A stretch of 64,000 nt of DNA from Aliihoeflea sp. (GTDB lineage Bacteria; Pseudomonadota; Alphaproteobacteria; Rhizobiales; Rhizobiaceae): NCBI GenBank assembly GCA_052435735.1, contig JBQVNB010000004.1, positions 30,541-94,540 of the forward strand. Direction: 5' to 3'. Below the pieces are notes generated by a model. That model had not been told where the DNA came from and did no database searches. It saw only the letters and a program-made list of their open reading frames with translations. This document shows, one piece after another, positions 61,885-64,000 of the stretch (within the stretch, counting starts at the first letter, position 1; each line of letters starts with the position of its first letter). A program made the position numbers and the translations under genes.

Positions 61885-62436
61885 ATGCAAACCATCCTCA
61901 TCGTCATCCATTTGCTCGTCGTTCTGGCGCTGGTGGCCGTCGTGCTGCTGCAGCGCTCCGAAGGCGGCGGCCTCGGCATCGGCGGTGGGGGCGGCGGCAA
62001 TTTCGCTGCGGCGCGCGGCTCGGGCAATCCGCTGACGCGGGCGACCGGCATCCTGGCGGCGATCTTCTTCGCGACCTCGCTCGGACTTTCCCTCCTGGCA
62101 CGCTACGGCGAGCAGCCGACCGACTTCCTCGACCGCATCCCGACGCAGCAGGAAGGCCAGCAGGCACCCTCGGGCGCCGGTGGCGTTCTCGATCAGCTCG
62201 GCGGCGACGACGTCCCGAGCGCTCCGGCAGCTCCGGCCGCGCCGTCTTCGGATGATGGCGCAGCGCCGGCCGCACCCGCAGCGCCCGCCGAAGAGCCAAC
62301 CGCAACGACGGCGCCCGAAGCGCCTGCGGCACCGGCCGGGGACGAGCCTGCTGCGCCTGCAACGGACGAAGCGCCTGCCGCACCCGCAACGGACGCGGCG
62401 CCGGCCGACGAAGACCAGGTCCCGACCGGCAACTGA
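61885..62436 (+). CDS. secG: preprotein translocase subunit SecG with Pro/Ala-rich C-terminal extension
   Basis: Track ORF trimmed to MQTILIVIHLLVVLALVAVVLLQRSEGGGLG. Second TM ILAAIFFATSLGLSLL. Then a roughly 110-aa low-complexity tail. Confidence 0.85.
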   Translation: MQTILIVIHLLVVLALVAVVLLQRSEGGGLGIGGGGGGNFAAARGSGNPLTRATGILAAIFFATSLGLSLLARYGEQPTDFLDRIPTQQEGQQAPSGAGGVLDQLGGDDVPSAPAAPAAPSSDDGAAPAAPAAPAEEPTATTAPEAPAAPAGDEPAAPATDEAPAAPATDAAPADEDQVPTGN

Positions 62437-62456
62437 TTCCACTTGCGAGCTATCCT

Positions 62457-62499
62457 CGGGCGGCTGTGTTCTTACGATCACAGCCGCCCGATTTCGTTT
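62457..62499 (+). terminator. rho-independent terminator after secG
   Basis: CGGGCGGCTGTG-10 nt loop-CACAGCCGCCCG followed by ATTTCGTTT. Confidence 0.8.
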
Positions 62500-62619
62500 G
62501 CGGCGCAGCATCCATGGCCTTGCAACTCTTGAGAGCCCGGCCGGTGATTTGATATGATACTTCATGTCCGCGCCCTGTCGTGGACGCATATGCGCGTGCG
62601 GCGCCAAGGGGCTTTCCAC

Positions 62620-63426
62620 ATGATCAAGCGTCTCGCTCTGGCAATTCTCCTTGCCGGCTTCGCAACCCAGTCCTTCTCTCAGGAGCCGCCGCCGGTATTC
62701 GTGTTCCCGCAGGAGAAGGCGGTGCCCGTTGCACCGCGCCAGGTCGCCAAGCCGCAGACGGCGCGTGTGGCAGCACCGGCGCCCGCTTTGCCCGCTCAGG
62801 ACGTCGCCACCGTCAAGACCGAAGGCAATATCGGCGAATTGCGGTCGACGACGATGGTCTCGACCGGTTTCATGCGGCCGATGGAGACGGAGTTGCTCCC
62901 CGAGACCCGCGCGCTCGACGAAGTGCTCGGCGAGCGGGAGAAAGTCCGCAAGTTCACGCCGAAGCCCGAGCAGATGCCGGTCGTCGTCGCCTTTTCGGGC
63001 TATGAGCCCGGCACCATCGTCATCGATCCGCAGGCCCGCGTCCTCTACCTCGTCGAGGACCGCCGTTCGGCGCGTCGATACGCGATCGCCGTCGGCAAGG
63101 ACGGGCTGGAGTTCAAGGGAACCGCCAGGGTCGGCGACAAGCAGGAATGGCCGCGCTGGTTCCCGACCAAGGCGATGCAGGAGCGCGAGCCGAAGAAATA
63201 CGGCCAGTACAAGGACGGCATGAATGGCGGGCCGGACAATCCGCTGGGCGCGCGCGCGATCTATCTGCATCAGGACAAGGTCGACACCCATGTGCGCATT
63301 CACGGCACCAACCAGCCCGAGACCATCGGCAGCGCCTCGTCCAACGGCTGCTTCCGCATGATCAACGAGCACGTCATGGATCTCTATTCGCGGGTCCGCG
63401 TCGGCGCCGAAGTCGTCGTTCTCTGA
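62620..63426 (+). CDS. L,D-transpeptidase (YkuD domain)
   Basis: Track ORF trimmed to MIKRLALAILLAGFATQSFS signal peptide. Catalytic motif RIHGTNQPETIGSASSNGCFRM. Confidence 0.88.
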   Translation: MIKRLALAILLAGFATQSFSQEPPPVFVFPQEKAVPVAPRQVAKPQTARVAAPAPALPAQDVATVKTEGNIGELRSTTMVSTGFMRPMETELLPETRALDEVLGEREKVRKFTPKPEQMPVVVAFSGYEPGTIVIDPQARVLYLVEDRRSARRYAIAVGKDGLEFKGTARVGDKQEWPRWFPTKAMQEREPKKYGQYKDGMNGGPDNPLGARAIYLHQDKVDTHVRIHGTNQPETIGSASSNGCFRMINEHVMDLYSRVRVGAEVVVL

Positions 63427-63444
63427 TCCCTTCTTCCACCCCTA

Positions 63445-63482
63445 AATGCGCCGGCCGAAGATTTTTGGCTGGCGCATTTTCA
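63445..63482 (+). terminator. rho-independent terminator after the L,D-transpeptidase gene
   Basis: AATGCGCCGGCC-10 nt loop-GGCTGGCGCATT followed by TTTCATTT. Confidence 0.75.
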
Positions 63483-63495
63483 TTTGTGACGGTAA

Positions 63496-64000
<505 letters not shown>

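Noticed and set aside
62200-62420. Repetitive GC-rich DNA resembling a tandem-repeat or array locus.
   Set aside because: It lies entirely inside the secG reading frame and encodes the Pro/Ala-rich tail. There is no spacer-repeat architecture, so it is not CRISPR-like.

Overview
High-GC alphaproteobacterial (Rhizobiales-like) chromosomal segment, densely packed with about 62 protein genes and one tRNA-Val(CAC), mostly housekeeping. Recognised genes include recA, alaS, icd, murI, secG, pyrG (partial), gltX, nadE, maeB, gor, rpiA, class I fumarase, class II DAHP synthase, moaA, mobA/mobB, cobT, dusA, psuG/psuK, an Mla/MCE-type ABC cluster and two L,D-transpeptidases. The left 9 kb holds a catabolic-looking cluster: a deoC-aldehyde dehydrogenase operon divergent from a TRAP transporter plus FMN 2-hydroxyacid dehydrogenase operon, followed by a ThDP enzyme and a MarR regulator. 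I saw no transposase, integrase, phage gene, CRISPR array or recognisable defence gene, and no clear compositional island by eye. Most very long ORFs in the track are antisense shadow ORFs typical of high-GC DNA, and many track ORFs carry spurious N-terminal extensions that I trimmed. I did not find a convincing new multi-gene system. The best leads are: (1) an in-frame TAG immediately followed by ATG that splits the essential nadE gene; (2) a shared GTTTG-N4-CAAAC operator-like motif linking the deoC/TRAP divergent promoter to the ThDP enzyme promoter, which suggests one uncharacterised regulon with mandelate-pathway-like logic; (3) a Tat-exported 504-aa protein of unknown function beside a GT4 glycosyltransferase; (4) a uracil-DNA-glycosylase-family gene whose conserved N-terminus has no ATG/GTG/TTG start; (5) a small signal-peptide ORF overlapping the 3' end of gltX.
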